Virus record (IMG/VR): IMGVR_UViG_3300010401_000012
Location: 1 to 51,154 of that record
Direction: 5' to 3' (one strand)
DNA: 51,154 nucleotides
Source of the DNA: a virus
Taxonomy: Duplodnaviria; Caudoviricetes
Shown here: one piece after another, positions 1 to 7,830 of the stretch
Position numbering within the stretch: the stretch's first letter is position 1
Layout: each line of letters opens with the position of its first letter
Position numbers and translations under genes: made by a program
Notes under the pieces: model-generated
Seen by the model: the letters and a program-made list of their open reading frames with translations, nothing else
Databases searched by the model: none
What the model was told of the DNA's origin: nothing

Positions 1-123
1 CTGGTGAGTTTAAATGACTCGGGTGGGTACATACAGCGGGGAAGACCTAAAACGCACCAGTGAGCTTCTAATGGCCTTACAGAGGCTATTGCCTTTTTAT
101 GAAGAAAACCGACCTAATTATGA
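1..123. repeat. Terminal direct repeat, left copy (probably circular-assembly overlap)
   Basis: 1..123 is identical to 51032..51154. Confidence 0.95.
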
Positions 124-193
124 AATTAAGAAGGTTAAACTGGAAATCAAGAAACATCAGGAATTCTTAGATGGTTCTAGAAATTTCTGGTGA
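14..193 (+). CDS. Hypothetical protein, 59 aa (MTRVGTYSGEDLKR...), continuing the operon across the circular join
   Basis: Hand-translated open frame; its ATG (51045 in the right copy) overlaps the TAA of 50842..51048. Confidence 0.5.
   Translation: MTRVGTYSGEDLKRTSELLMALQRLLPFYEENRPNYEIKKVKLEIKKHQEFLDGSRNFW
51..89 (+). repeat. Degenerate 39-bp repeat, copy A (also at 51082..51120)
   Basis: AACGCACCAGTGAGCTTCTAATGGCCTTACAGAGGCTAT aligns without gaps to 11942..11980 and to the reverse complement of 51003..51041. Confidence 0.75.
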
Positions 194-564
194 GATATTT
201 TGTAGGTGTAAATTCTGTCGAGATATTTTCGAGATGTAGTTCATTGGCGCGTTTGGACCCCCCGACCCCCCTTGATCGATCGTGGGCAATCGAATTGTGC
301 GAGATGCAACCCAAGGTAGTAGCGGCGCACGTGGCGCGGAGGCTGAGTAAATCATCTTACATACTTAACAGATCAATGTAGTGAACCTTATTACCTAAGC
401 ATTATACATGTCACCTTAAGGTATACCTTACGGTTCCGAAGGGAACTAAGGGAACCCGACGAACTATAATGCACCAAGATATATTGTCATGTTATAGTTC
501 ATCTTCGGATATCCCGAATGCACTATAGTTCCTCCTTAATCACGAACCTGTGACTTAAGGGCTG

Positions 565-593
565 TTGACTTAGGCTCTAGCCGGGATTACTGT
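565..593 (+). promoter_or_regulatory. Sigma70-like early promoter
   Basis: TTGACT-N17-TACTGT; spacer resembles that of the promoter at 2599. Confidence 0.5.
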
Positions 594-746
594 ATACCCA
601 AGCTGGAAACAGCGAGTTGGCCCACGGCGAGGCTGAGCAGGTTGGCGGTAGAACCCGTTAGAGCCTGTCCGCGCACGGGACACCCAACACCGGACCATTG
701 CTCGCATAGTGCGAAGCATTGGTTAAACCCAACAGAGGACAATACA

Positions 747-1820
747 ATGAACGCATTAGTAAATCCGGCTGCTGTTGCTGGCCACAATCAGCCGCAGCTT
801 CCCAAGCTCACGGACAGTCAGATGAAGGCCATTGCGCAAACGATGGACAAGCTGGCTGATACCATGGTCGCGCTGGTGGACGACACCGCCGAGGTCATGG
901 TGACGACCATCATTCAGGCCAAGAAGGACTGGCAAGGTGGCCCGTTTAGGCTGCTTGGATACGCCAAGGAACACTACACCGAGGCGCAACTCGCGGCCTT
1001 CCCGACCGTCGGCAGCGAGGTCGGCGAGTGTCCCGACAAATACAAGATCCCGTACTATCGGGACGGCAAGTTGAAGTTCAAGGCGACTTCGTTCTACGCC
1101 GAGTTCTTCAAGCGCACCAAGACCGGCAAGGCTATCGAGGTGGCGCTCGCATTCGTGGCGCTCGCCAAGGACGAAAAGGCCAACCATACCACGGTTCCGG
1201 CCGATATCCTCAACATGAACCCGGTTGATCTGGACCGCTACAAGACCACGTTGGAGCAGGAGCGCACTGTCGCGATTGCGGCATGGCGCAACGCCTTTGC
1301 TCTGGACCAGCAGTTCCGGGCAGTCAACCGCCTCGACAAGGTGGAAGCTGCACCGCTCTGCGACCGCGACGGCAACGTCATCCAAGCTGCGAAGCCCATC
1401 AAGGTGTGGAACATCGATCAGCCGGAAAAGGAATGGAACCTCTATTCCGTCGGCGCCTTCCTGATGTTCGACGCTGCGCGGGCCAGCGAATTGGGCGGCA
1501 CGTTCGAAGCCCTGAAACTCACCGTCAAGCGTGAGCAAGGCGAAGACGGCCCGGCCGGAACCGAGGTGGCACCGCATATTGCCACAAACAAGACGCTCGC
1601 CGCGTTCCTGCTCACGACGCACGAGTTCATCGCGAACAAGCATCTCGCCGACAAGAAGCGGGAACTCTACGGCCTGTTCCTCAAAGACCAGATCAACGGC
1701 GCTGGCTCGGACCAACTCGTTCAGGCCATTCGCGATCTGGAATTGTGGGCAAAGACCATCCTCGATATCCCCTCCGTTCAGGCACGACTGGAGAATATCG
1801 ACGCCAAGGCTGCGGCCTAG
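747..1820 (+). CDS. First early gene, hypothetical protein (~357 aa)
   Basis: Long ORF with strong GC3 bias; GAGG RBS before ATG 747; no motif recognised. Confidence 0.85.
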   Translation: MNALVNPAAVAGHNQPQLPKLTDSQMKAIAQTMDKLADTMVALVDDTAEVMVTTIIQAKKDWQGGPFRLLGYAKEHYTEAQLAAFPTVGSEVGECPDKYKIPYYRDGKLKFKATSFYAEFFKRTKTGKAIEVALAFVALAKDEKANHTTVPADILNMNPVDLDRYKTTLEQERTVAIAAWRNAFALDQQFRAVNRLDKVEAAPLCDRDGNVIQAAKPIKVWNIDQPEKEWNLYSVGAFLMFDAARASELGGTFEALKLTVKREQGEDGPAGTEVAPHIATNKTLAAFLLTTHEFIANKHLADKKRELYGLFLKDQINGAGSDQLVQAIRDLELWAKTILDIPSVQARLENIDAKAAA

Positions 1821-1898
1821 TCCCCATCGGATTGCAAGTCGTTGCCTCGCTTACGAGCGGGGCAACAGCGTGCAATACCGCACGTAAGGGGAACTACA

Positions 1899-2258
1899 AT
1901 GCAATACGTTGTTCAATGCTACACGAAACGCATCGATCGCTCAGTATCACATGATGACCGCAACCGCGAGACCATCACGGCTCATACCATGATGACGTGC
2001 GTCAACCGCGATGACGCCGAAAGCATGGTTCGGTTGCTGGAACACGGGGACAGCGGCACGCTGGAAGATGGCCCGTTCCAGATCGAACGCGCCTACGAGG
2101 TGGCTGCCGTGTTCTACCTCTCCAAGCGCACCGGCCACACCAAGGTCACCCTCTCAACGGGCGATCTGGAAATGATCGCCAGCGAATACACCGCACCGCG
2201 TGACACCCTTCACAATCGCATGCGCAACACGTTCGAAGCCGCACGCGCGGCGGAATAA
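1899..2258 (+). CDS. Hypothetical early protein
   Basis: AAGGGG RBS before ATG 1899; followed by a terminator. Confidence 0.75.
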   Translation: MQYVVQCYTKRIDRSVSHDDRNRETITAHTMMTCVNRDDAESMVRLLEHGDSGTLEDGPFQIERAYEVAAVFYLSKRTGHTKVTLSTGDLEMIASEYTAPRDTLHNRMRNTFEAARAAE

Positions 2259-2276
2259 CTACCGCACTGCAACATC

Positions 2277-2310
2277 AGCCCCGGCACCGCAAGGTGACCG
2301 GGGTTTTTTA
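2277..2310 (+). terminator. Intrinsic terminator
   Basis: CCCCGGCACC-GCAA-GGTGACCGGGG followed by TTTTTT. Confidence 0.9.
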
Positions 2311-2598
2311 TTGCGCTGCAACATAAGAACATAACGGCAACGCACAATACCATTGCTGCACTGCACCATATCGTTTTTATGATAGGTCATTAATAGTGCA
2401 TGTGTGTGTAATACAATACCTTATACGCATGTACCCGTGTGTGCAGTGCACACTAACGGGGCGTTGATGATAGGTTTTGGCTGTGTATGTGTGTATGGTC
2501 GTAAGCGCTTATCTGTACGGGGTTAGTGTGAACAAACGACTACGAACGGTAGTGTCTTATAACTTATTGATATCATTAGTCTTTTAACTTACCCTCAG

Positions 2599-2627
2599 TT
2601 GACTTAAGCCCAAGGGCGGGTTATACT
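2599..2627 (+). promoter_or_regulatory. Sigma70-like promoter
   Basis: TTGACT-N17-TATACT. Confidence 0.8.
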
Positions 2628-2673
2628 AATGGTACAATCGAGAGACCAAAACACTCGGTTGGGGGAGACACCA

Positions 2674-2865
2674 ATGGCACGTATGTATGCCGGGTATATC
2701 GTCGTCGCTGTGTGGGACGACCAACACAAGAGTTACCACGGTCCTTTCTTTACCGAAGACCGTGCAAAGCGATACGCTGAGAGCAGCGATACGATTGTAG
2801 ATTACTCAATCGAGCCTCTCGTCATTCCGCACCATCTGGTGCTAGAGGCAACTGAAAGGGGATAA
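2674..2865 (+). CDS. Hypothetical protein
   Basis: GGGGAG RBS, ATG 2674, directly downstream of a promoter. Confidence 0.65.
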   Translation: MARMYAGYIVVAVWDDQHKSYHGPFFTEDRAKRYAESSDTIVDYSIEPLVIPHHLVLEATERG

Positions 2866-2869
2866 TACT

Positions 2870-3076
2870 ATGAGACTTCACATACAATACGTAGATCGCC
2901 AAGGCGCGATCTTGGTCAGGGAAGAAGTCAACTACATGCAGGGACATGCTTCCGAGCAACAACTGCAGGACGTTGCTAAGCTTCATCTCGAAACCCTCAA
3001 CCTGTCGCAGCGCTGCGTAGCAGCAATCGTTGCGGCTAATATCTACACGCTGGTAACGACGGCGGTGTGGTCATGA
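2870..3076 (+). CDS. Hypothetical protein
   Basis: AGGGGA RBS; tight packing. Confidence 0.65.
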   Translation: MRLHIQYVDRQGAILVREEVNYMQGHASEQQLQDVAKLHLETLNLSQRCVAAIVAANIYTLVTTAVWS

Positions 3077-3240
3077 AGATCGAAATGGAACTCAGGGACA
3101 ACCCGAAGGGCCGGCCTACCATCAAGGCCGTTGTTGATCAGAAGGTACATCGTAACGTCTGCATTACTGATCTCGTGCGGTATGCCAAGACCGCTCATCC
3201 GTGGGTCAAGATCATAGACCTGCGTATCGATCTGCGTTAG
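3073..3240 (+). CDS. Hypothetical protein, 55 aa (MKIEMELRDNPKG...)
   Basis: Hand-translated; ATGA overlap with the previous gene. Confidence 0.55.
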   Translation: MKIEMELRDNPKGRPTIKAVVDQKVHRNVCITDLVRYAKTAHPWVKIIDLRIDLR

Positions 3241-3334
3241 GTGCATCATGCCCTGTTTTTGTGGCAGTAAGGACATGGGCTTTCACGCCCATGACATCGC
3301 CGACGATGGTTTAATCATACCAAAGGGGAATACT

Positions 3335-3589
3335 ATGACTAGGCCAAGGCCTACAGGTCGCGGACCCGGTGGTTGGGGTCCTGATTACTTAAGTGTTGCG
3401 AAGTTAATCGAGCTTATACCCAACGATGGGTGTCTGCTCGTGTTCAACGCCGACCACGCTAACTGGCGTGTGAAGGTCCACGAGACTGGCGTACTGCGCT
3501 GTCATGTAGCCCAAAATGGTCATGGGTTGGACAAGACCGACATCGGCAAGCGTCGCCGTGACCTGTACATCACATGGAGGGACGGATGA
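3335..3589 (+). CDS. Hypothetical protein, tandem paralog 1
   Basis: AGGGGA RBS; clear similarity to 3586..3798. Confidence 0.8.
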   Translation: MTRPRPTGRGPGGWGPDYLSVAKLIELIPNDGCLLVFNADHANWRVKVHETGVLRCHVAQNGHGLDKTDIGKRRRDLYITWRDG

Positions 3590-3798
3590 CCGCCAGTAAG
3601 GGTGTAAGAGGTCCTCTCAGTGTTCGGGAATTAATCGGACACATACCCAAGGATGGCTGCATTCTTGTTTTCAATGGCAGCAACGCTCATTGGGCACAAC
3701 ATGCCAACACAACAGGTGTTCTGAGATGTAGGGTTCTCGATACGTCTCAGAAGTATCAAGCCAAGCGTGATCTACGCATCTCGTGGAGGGACGAATGA
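3586..3798 (+). CDS. Hypothetical protein, tandem paralog 2
   Basis: GGAGG RBS, ATGA overlap; shares LSV..LI..IP.DGC.LVFN...TGVLRC.V...RDL.I.WRD. Confidence 0.8.
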   Translation: MTASKGVRGPLSVRELIGHIPKDGCILVFNGSNAHWAQHANTTGVLRCRVLDTSQKYQAKRDLRISWRDE

Positions 3799-4022
3799 TT
3801 ATCATAGATAATCCCGGCTACGTACCCGTGGAAGAAATGTCGTTGGTTGTTGGTCCGTTGCCCAAGAGCCACCCTCGCTACGGCGAACTCGCGGCTGTTA
3901 TCGTCAGTAGGTACGAGGACAGCCAGATCATACTTGATTTTGAAATAGTAGCAGACAGAGAGGCAGCCCACGCGTGGTTCGCTGAAGCTTCTGTGCTGCA
4001 GAACTGGATCGAACGGTCATGA
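3795..4022 (+). CDS. Hypothetical protein
   Basis: GGAGG RBS, ATGA overlap. Confidence 0.7.
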   Translation: MIIIDNPGYVPVEEMSLVVGPLPKSHPRYGELAAVIVSRYEDSQIILDFEIVADREAAHAWFAEASVLQNWIERS

Positions 4023-4237
4023 CTGAGCTGTATCACTTCAAGAATAAGTGGGGTAGGCATATGGTCGGGGTCTTCCTCGAAGTCAAGCCACGTACCCCAG
4101 CAGAACACGAACATGAACAGCGGTACGCCGCTGGTCTGGAACCACCACACTACACTCCTCTGCCTGTCCAGTACAGGTTCTGCGGGTGCTGCAAGGACGG
4201 ACACCCTACGTGTCTGACTGAATTACTTAGGAGATAA
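4019..4237 (+). CDS. Hypothetical protein with a Cys cluster
   Basis: ATGA overlap; CGCC..H..C near the C-terminus. Confidence 0.6.
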   Translation: MTELYHFKNKWGRHMVGVFLEVKPRTPAEHEHEQRYAAGLEPPHYTPLPVQYRFCGCCKDGHPTCLTELLRR

Positions 4238-4238
4238 C

Positions 4239-4541
4239 ATGTCTATCCTCAACAGCACGGTGCCGTGCAAGGTCATACCTATGCCTAACGGCCTGTACCG
4301 TAAGAGTAGGCGTGGTGTGCCTGAGTGCAAGGCAGGCGTAACCCTTTACTATTTGTGGCACGAGCCTACTGGCTTGTACTTCAAGGAATGCTACACCGAT
4401 CGAGTGTATGCAGTAAGGAAGGCTACACGGACTACTGGCCCGCGTAGTATGTCAGACGTTGCGGAGGCTTGGGTTACCGATACCAAACTCTGTGAACATT
4501 CATATCGGACACAAGATGAGGACGACAATGACCATAGCTGA
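4239..4541 (+). CDS. Hypothetical protein
   Basis: AGGAG RBS. Confidence 0.65.
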   Translation: MSILNSTVPCKVIPMPNGLYRKSRRGVPECKAGVTLYYLWHEPTGLYFKECYTDRVYAVRKATRTTGPRSMSDVAEAWVTDTKLCEHSYRTQDEDDNDHS

Positions 4542-4734
4542 GCTACTTAAGGAATTGAACGACAACCTCACCGAGGAGCAGAAGACCATGCCTGCTCGGT
4601 TCGCCGATACTGATGGGAACTACTACCCCATCGATGCGATGTTCGTCATAACGAAGTCGGCGCTCAGCAGTCTGCCCGAAGGTCAGGTGGTCTTCGCCTG
4701 CTTCGGCGAGGACTCGGCGGACGACAAGGAATAA
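4528..4734 (+). CDS. Hypothetical protein (MTIAELLKEL...)
   Basis: GAGG RBS before ATG 4528; typical small phage protein N-terminus. Confidence 0.7.
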   Translation: MTIAELLKELNDNLTEEQKTMPARFADTDGNYYPIDAMFVITKSALSSLPEGQVVFACFGEDSADDKE

Positions 4735-4771
4735 CTCTTCGCCACGGGTTAAACTCCCAACGGCGTTGATC

Positions 4772-4813
4772 GGACGGAGGTACGGGTGCCGCTACCTGTG
4801 CTTCCGTCCTTTT
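4772..4813 (+). terminator. Long hairpin with short U-tract (terminator or processing site)
   Basis: GGACGGAGGTAC...GTGCTTCCGTCC followed by TTTT. Confidence 0.55.
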
Positions 4814-4835
4814 CATTCATACTGTGGAGGACGAA

Positions 4836-4976
4836 ATGAATAATCCAAAGGTACTAGGTGTGTTGGTTGGCGTGCTGAGCTTTATTATTGTTTGGCGCTC
4901 ACTAGACATGAGAGTATTCACGCAGTGTTCTGAATACTACTGCATGGTCGGTGTGACTTTCTTCAAACTCTTCTGA
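4836..4976 (+). CDS. Small membrane protein, 46 aa
   Basis: GGAGG RBS; hydrophobic VLGVLVGVLSFIIVW. Confidence 0.55.
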   Translation: MNNPKVLGVLVGVLSFIIVWRSLDMRVFTQCSEYYCMVGVTFFKLF

Positions 4977-4988
4977 TCGGAGAATACA

Positions 4989-5528
4989 ATGTGGAGTTCT
5001 AAGCAAGCACCTGAAGTCACTGCGCTATTGATCGACGGTGCCAACGCATACCATAGTAGTCAGAAGGTCGGGTATATGCTCGACTACAAGCGCATTCGGG
5101 CTTACTTCAGGCCACAGCAGGCGTTGTACTTCACTGCTCTGCCTGATCGTGCCGCCGGTGAGAACAACATCCACAAGATGATCGATCTCATCAACTACAA
5201 CGGCTACGTCGTCATCCAGAAGCCGATGCAGACGTACGACAACGGCTCTGAGGGCGTAAAGACCAAGGGCAACATGGATGTCGAGCTGGCTGTTCACATC
5301 ATGAAGTGTGCCCGATGGGCCAACCACATCGTTCTCTTCAGTGGGGATGGTGACTTCCGGTTGGCTGTCGAGGACGCACAGCAGCAGGGCGTGCGTGTCA
5401 CTGTGGTATCAGCCTTGAAGGTCTCGGGTTCCCCGATGATCTCGGATGTACTGCGACGGCAGGCCAATGACTTCCTTGACCTTGCTGACCCGAGGATCAA
5501 GGCAGACTTCGAGATGACCAGACTATAG
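4989..5528 (+). CDS. NYN-domain (LabA/DUF88, PIN-like) nuclease
   Basis: Motifs IDGAN, KGNMDVELAV, LFSGDGDF, GVRVTVVS and SDVLRRQANDFLDL. Confidence 0.92.
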   Translation: MWSSKQAPEVTALLIDGANAYHSSQKVGYMLDYKRIRAYFRPQQALYFTALPDRAAGENNIHKMIDLINYNGYVVIQKPMQTYDNGSEGVKTKGNMDVELAVHIMKCARWANHIVLFSGDGDFRLAVEDAQQQGVRVTVVSALKVSGSPMISDVLRRQANDFLDLADPRIKADFEMTRL

Positions 5529-5597
5529 ATCACTATAGGTAAGAACAATAGGTATAGTATCCTTGCCGGACCGGCGCAGTATACACGGAGAAATACC

Positions 5598-5747
5598 ATG
5601 TGTCAACAGAAAAAACGTATATTAGTTCGTCTCGGCAATACTAGTATCCCCAAAGTCTTTGACGACTGGTCCGATCTGCTTGACTACATCAAACAAGAGA
5701 ACCTCGCGGGCAGGGTGGTAGCAATACGATGGTGGGAGTATGTGTGA
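5598..5747 (+). CDS. Hypothetical protein, 49 aa
   Basis: GGAG RBS; TGATG overlap with the next gene. Confidence 0.5.
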   Translation: MCQQKKRILVRLGNTSIPKVFDDWSDLLDYIKQENLAGRVVAIRWWEYV

Positions 5748-5938
5748 TGGAATATCTCATCGTTCATCGTGGAGATGAAATCCACAGGCTTGTCTTCAAG
5801 TTGGAGGCAGACGGACTACTCTATCTCGAAACCAACGGACCGGTGTTCAACACCGTGTACGGGTGGGAATCAGAGCGTGTATTGAGTTGGCTGGAAGAGC
5901 GGGACTTTGAACATTACTGGGAGAGCGACCATGACTAA
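5747..5938 (+). CDS. Hypothetical protein
   Basis: GGGAG RBS; tight packing. Confidence 0.6.
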   Translation: MEYLIVHRGDEIHRLVFKLEADGLLYLETNGPVFNTVYGWESERVLSWLEERDFEHYWESDHD

Positions 5939-6278
5939 GAGCTTATTATTCGCATTGTTCCTATCACAAGCGCCTATTCAGGACGTGCCGGTCTTCCGCG
6001 ACCAGCCCACATTGGTGGAGTACCTCAATGCAGACCTTCGCCTACCTGCTCGACGGGTTCATACTATTCATGTTCGTATGTCTGGCGACGGCGGCGTGGG
6101 TACCGAAGAGACGTTCACCAAGACGTACCCGCCGATCCCATACATCGACTTCTGGCGATGTCCGCTAGGCCAGACGGCGGTGCAGTGCATCGCCATAGAA
6201 AGCGTCATCCAGCAGGAATTACCCGGCAAAAGCATGCTAGAGCTTAAGCCGTTCTTCCCGGACCCTCTCGGGAAGTAA
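5931..6278 (+). CDS. Hypothetical protein, possible signal peptide
   Basis: GGAGAG RBS; N-terminus MTKSLLFALFLSQA. Confidence 0.6.
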   Translation: MTKSLLFALFLSQAPIQDVPVFRDQPTLVEYLNADLRLPARRVHTIHVRMSGDGGVGTEETFTKTYPPIPYIDFWRCPLGQTAVQCIAIESVIQQELPGKSMLELKPFFPDPLGK

Positions 6279-6285
6279 GCTTCGT

Positions 6286-6314
6286 TTGACATAACCACTA
6301 AGACGGGTTATACT
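6286..6314 (+). promoter_or_regulatory. Sigma70-like promoter
   Basis: TTGACA-N17-TATACT. Confidence 0.85.
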
Positions 6315-6341
6315 GGTTCTACAATCGGAGAGGGCAAACCG

Positions 6342-6839
6342 ATGGCAAAACGATGGCTTCAGCAGAAGCGCCTGAAGATGAAAGTCTACCGCGCTAAGGC
6401 TAGGGGAGTGATGAAACAATACTCCTCTGAGGTCATAAGTGTCGGCCGGTCAGTCAACAAAGAAGGCATGGCCGCGCTGTATCCCAACAAAGGTCTGAAT
6501 GTGACCTTCAAAGAATTAGATCGATACAATCGGCAGACAGAGCCTATTAGTGAGCCTCGCCAAGCAGCCCGTGAGCTGCGGGAGAAAGTCCGTAATGGTA
6601 CTGAACCTCTGCGGTACTTCAGACTTCTCGACGACGCATTTGCGCGGGCGAGGCTTTACTATTCCAGCAATCCTGAATACTGTTACATCATTGAGTTGGA
6701 CCGGCGGTGTTCCCTCCATCGTCGGTCCATTAAGTACCTTTCCAGAGACATAGCCTACGCACGATACTGCGACGGTTCCATCGATTGGTCTCCTGAGTTC
6801 TACCATCCCTTGATACCCGAGACACACCCCTCGGCGTGA
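6342..6839 (+). CDS. Basic hypothetical protein
   Basis: GGAGAGGG RBS; lies between a promoter and a terminator. Confidence 0.7.
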   Translation: MAKRWLQQKRLKMKVYRAKARGVMKQYSSEVISVGRSVNKEGMAALYPNKGLNVTFKELDRYNRQTEPISEPRQAARELREKVRNGTEPLRYFRLLDDAFARARLYYSSNPEYCYIIELDRRCSLHRRSIKYLSRDIAYARYCDGSIDWSPEFYHPLIPETHPSA

Positions 6840-6921
6840 CGACGCCGCCCTACTGATGCCTCTGGCAGATGCCCATGTAAGGTAGGGACTGAACCCAGCC
6901 TGACCCGCCCAGTCAGGTTGC

Positions 6922-6965
6922 AAGCCCCCGTTGACCGGCTTCCCCTCCGGTTAGCGGGGGCTTTT
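6922..6965 (+). terminator. Intrinsic terminator
   Basis: AAGCCCCCGTTGACCGG...CCGGTTAGCGGGGGCTTTT. Confidence 0.75.
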
Positions 6966-6989
6966 CTGTTGCTTACAGAGGAGAGCCAG

Positions 6990-7196
6990 ATGTCAGCAAC
7001 TAAGCCTCGTGCAGGATACTGCACTGGATGCGGCGTTACCTTCCCGAAGATGCACTTACTACGAAACCACCGGAATACGTTTCGTTGCGGTGGTCGCTTC
7101 CTCCCCAAAGACGAACGCCGTGTACTCGAAGTGCTCCGCTTGGAGCGCGAAGAACAATTTCGTCTGGCGCGGGAGAAAGCCAAAGACTCTACTTAG
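6990..7196 (+). CDS. Small zinc-finger protein (C-x2-C-x12-H-x5-C)
   Basis: GAGGAG RBS; YCTGCGVTFPKMHLLRNHRNTFRC. Confidence 0.7.
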   Translation: MSATKPRAGYCTGCGVTFPKMHLLRNHRNTFRCGGRFLPKDERRVLEVLRLEREEQFRLAREKAKDST

Positions 7197-7224
7197 CCAA
7201 TAATGGCAAGAAGGAGAAACAGAA

Positions 7225-7782
7225 GTGTGGAAAACTACTCTGATGGAGTGGGTTCTCGACAACGCCGCCACTGTCACACTGAGTACGTTACTGGTGCTCT
7301 GTGTACTGACGGTCATCGGCGCTGCTGCCTACGATCGACGGGCATCGATCAAGGCGTATTGGGAACACCGACGATCTATCCGTATCCAAAGGGGACTCGT
7401 CATGGGCCGCAAGAAGCAGGTTGAACGACGAGCCTACATCAAACAGATGCTGGGCGACATCATCACCCACGGCTTCGAAGAAGCTTGGTTTGCCGGCAAG
7501 GTAACACGTGAAGAAGCCAACGCTGTGTATCGGGCGATCGGCAAGACCCACGGCATTCCTGACCTGCTGCCACATCTGACGCCGGAACAACTCAAGTCGG
7601 CGATCAAGGGACGTAAGGCACGTGGTGGTGGTGTCACCGCTGGCCCAGTCCAAGAGCATCCCTCGTGGGGTGAAACACCGAAGCCACCGGCGACTGCCCC
7701 GGTTACCACCGAAGGCAATGTCGTCAACGCCGCCAAGAGGTTCGGAGCCAAGGCTCTGGCCCGTCTGTCAAAGACCGCGTAG
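7225..7782 (+). CDS. Membrane-anchored hypothetical protein
   Basis: AAGGAG RBS; N-terminal transmembrane segment. Confidence 0.75.
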   Translation: MWKTTLMEWVLDNAATVTLSTLLVLCVLTVIGAAAYDRRASIKAYWEHRRSIRIQRGLVMGRKKQVERRAYIKQMLGDIITHGFEEAWFAGKVTREEANAVYRAIGKTHGIPDLLPHLTPEQLKSAIKGRKARGGGVTAGPVQEHPSWGETPKPPATAPVTTEGNVVNAAKRFGAKALARLSKTA

Positions 7783-7830
7783 TCCATCCGGATAGCGGAA
7801 CGGTTAGTCTCACAGAGGAAGACGTAGACC

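Noticed and set aside
1-123. True physical terminal repeat
   Set aside because: It falls within running ORFs that read through the join, so it is more likely an assembler overlap; raw reads are needed
756-1715. 319-aa antisense ORF (likewise 7810..9123 - and 8505..9377 +)
   Set aside because: Shadow frames produced by high GC3 in the real genes
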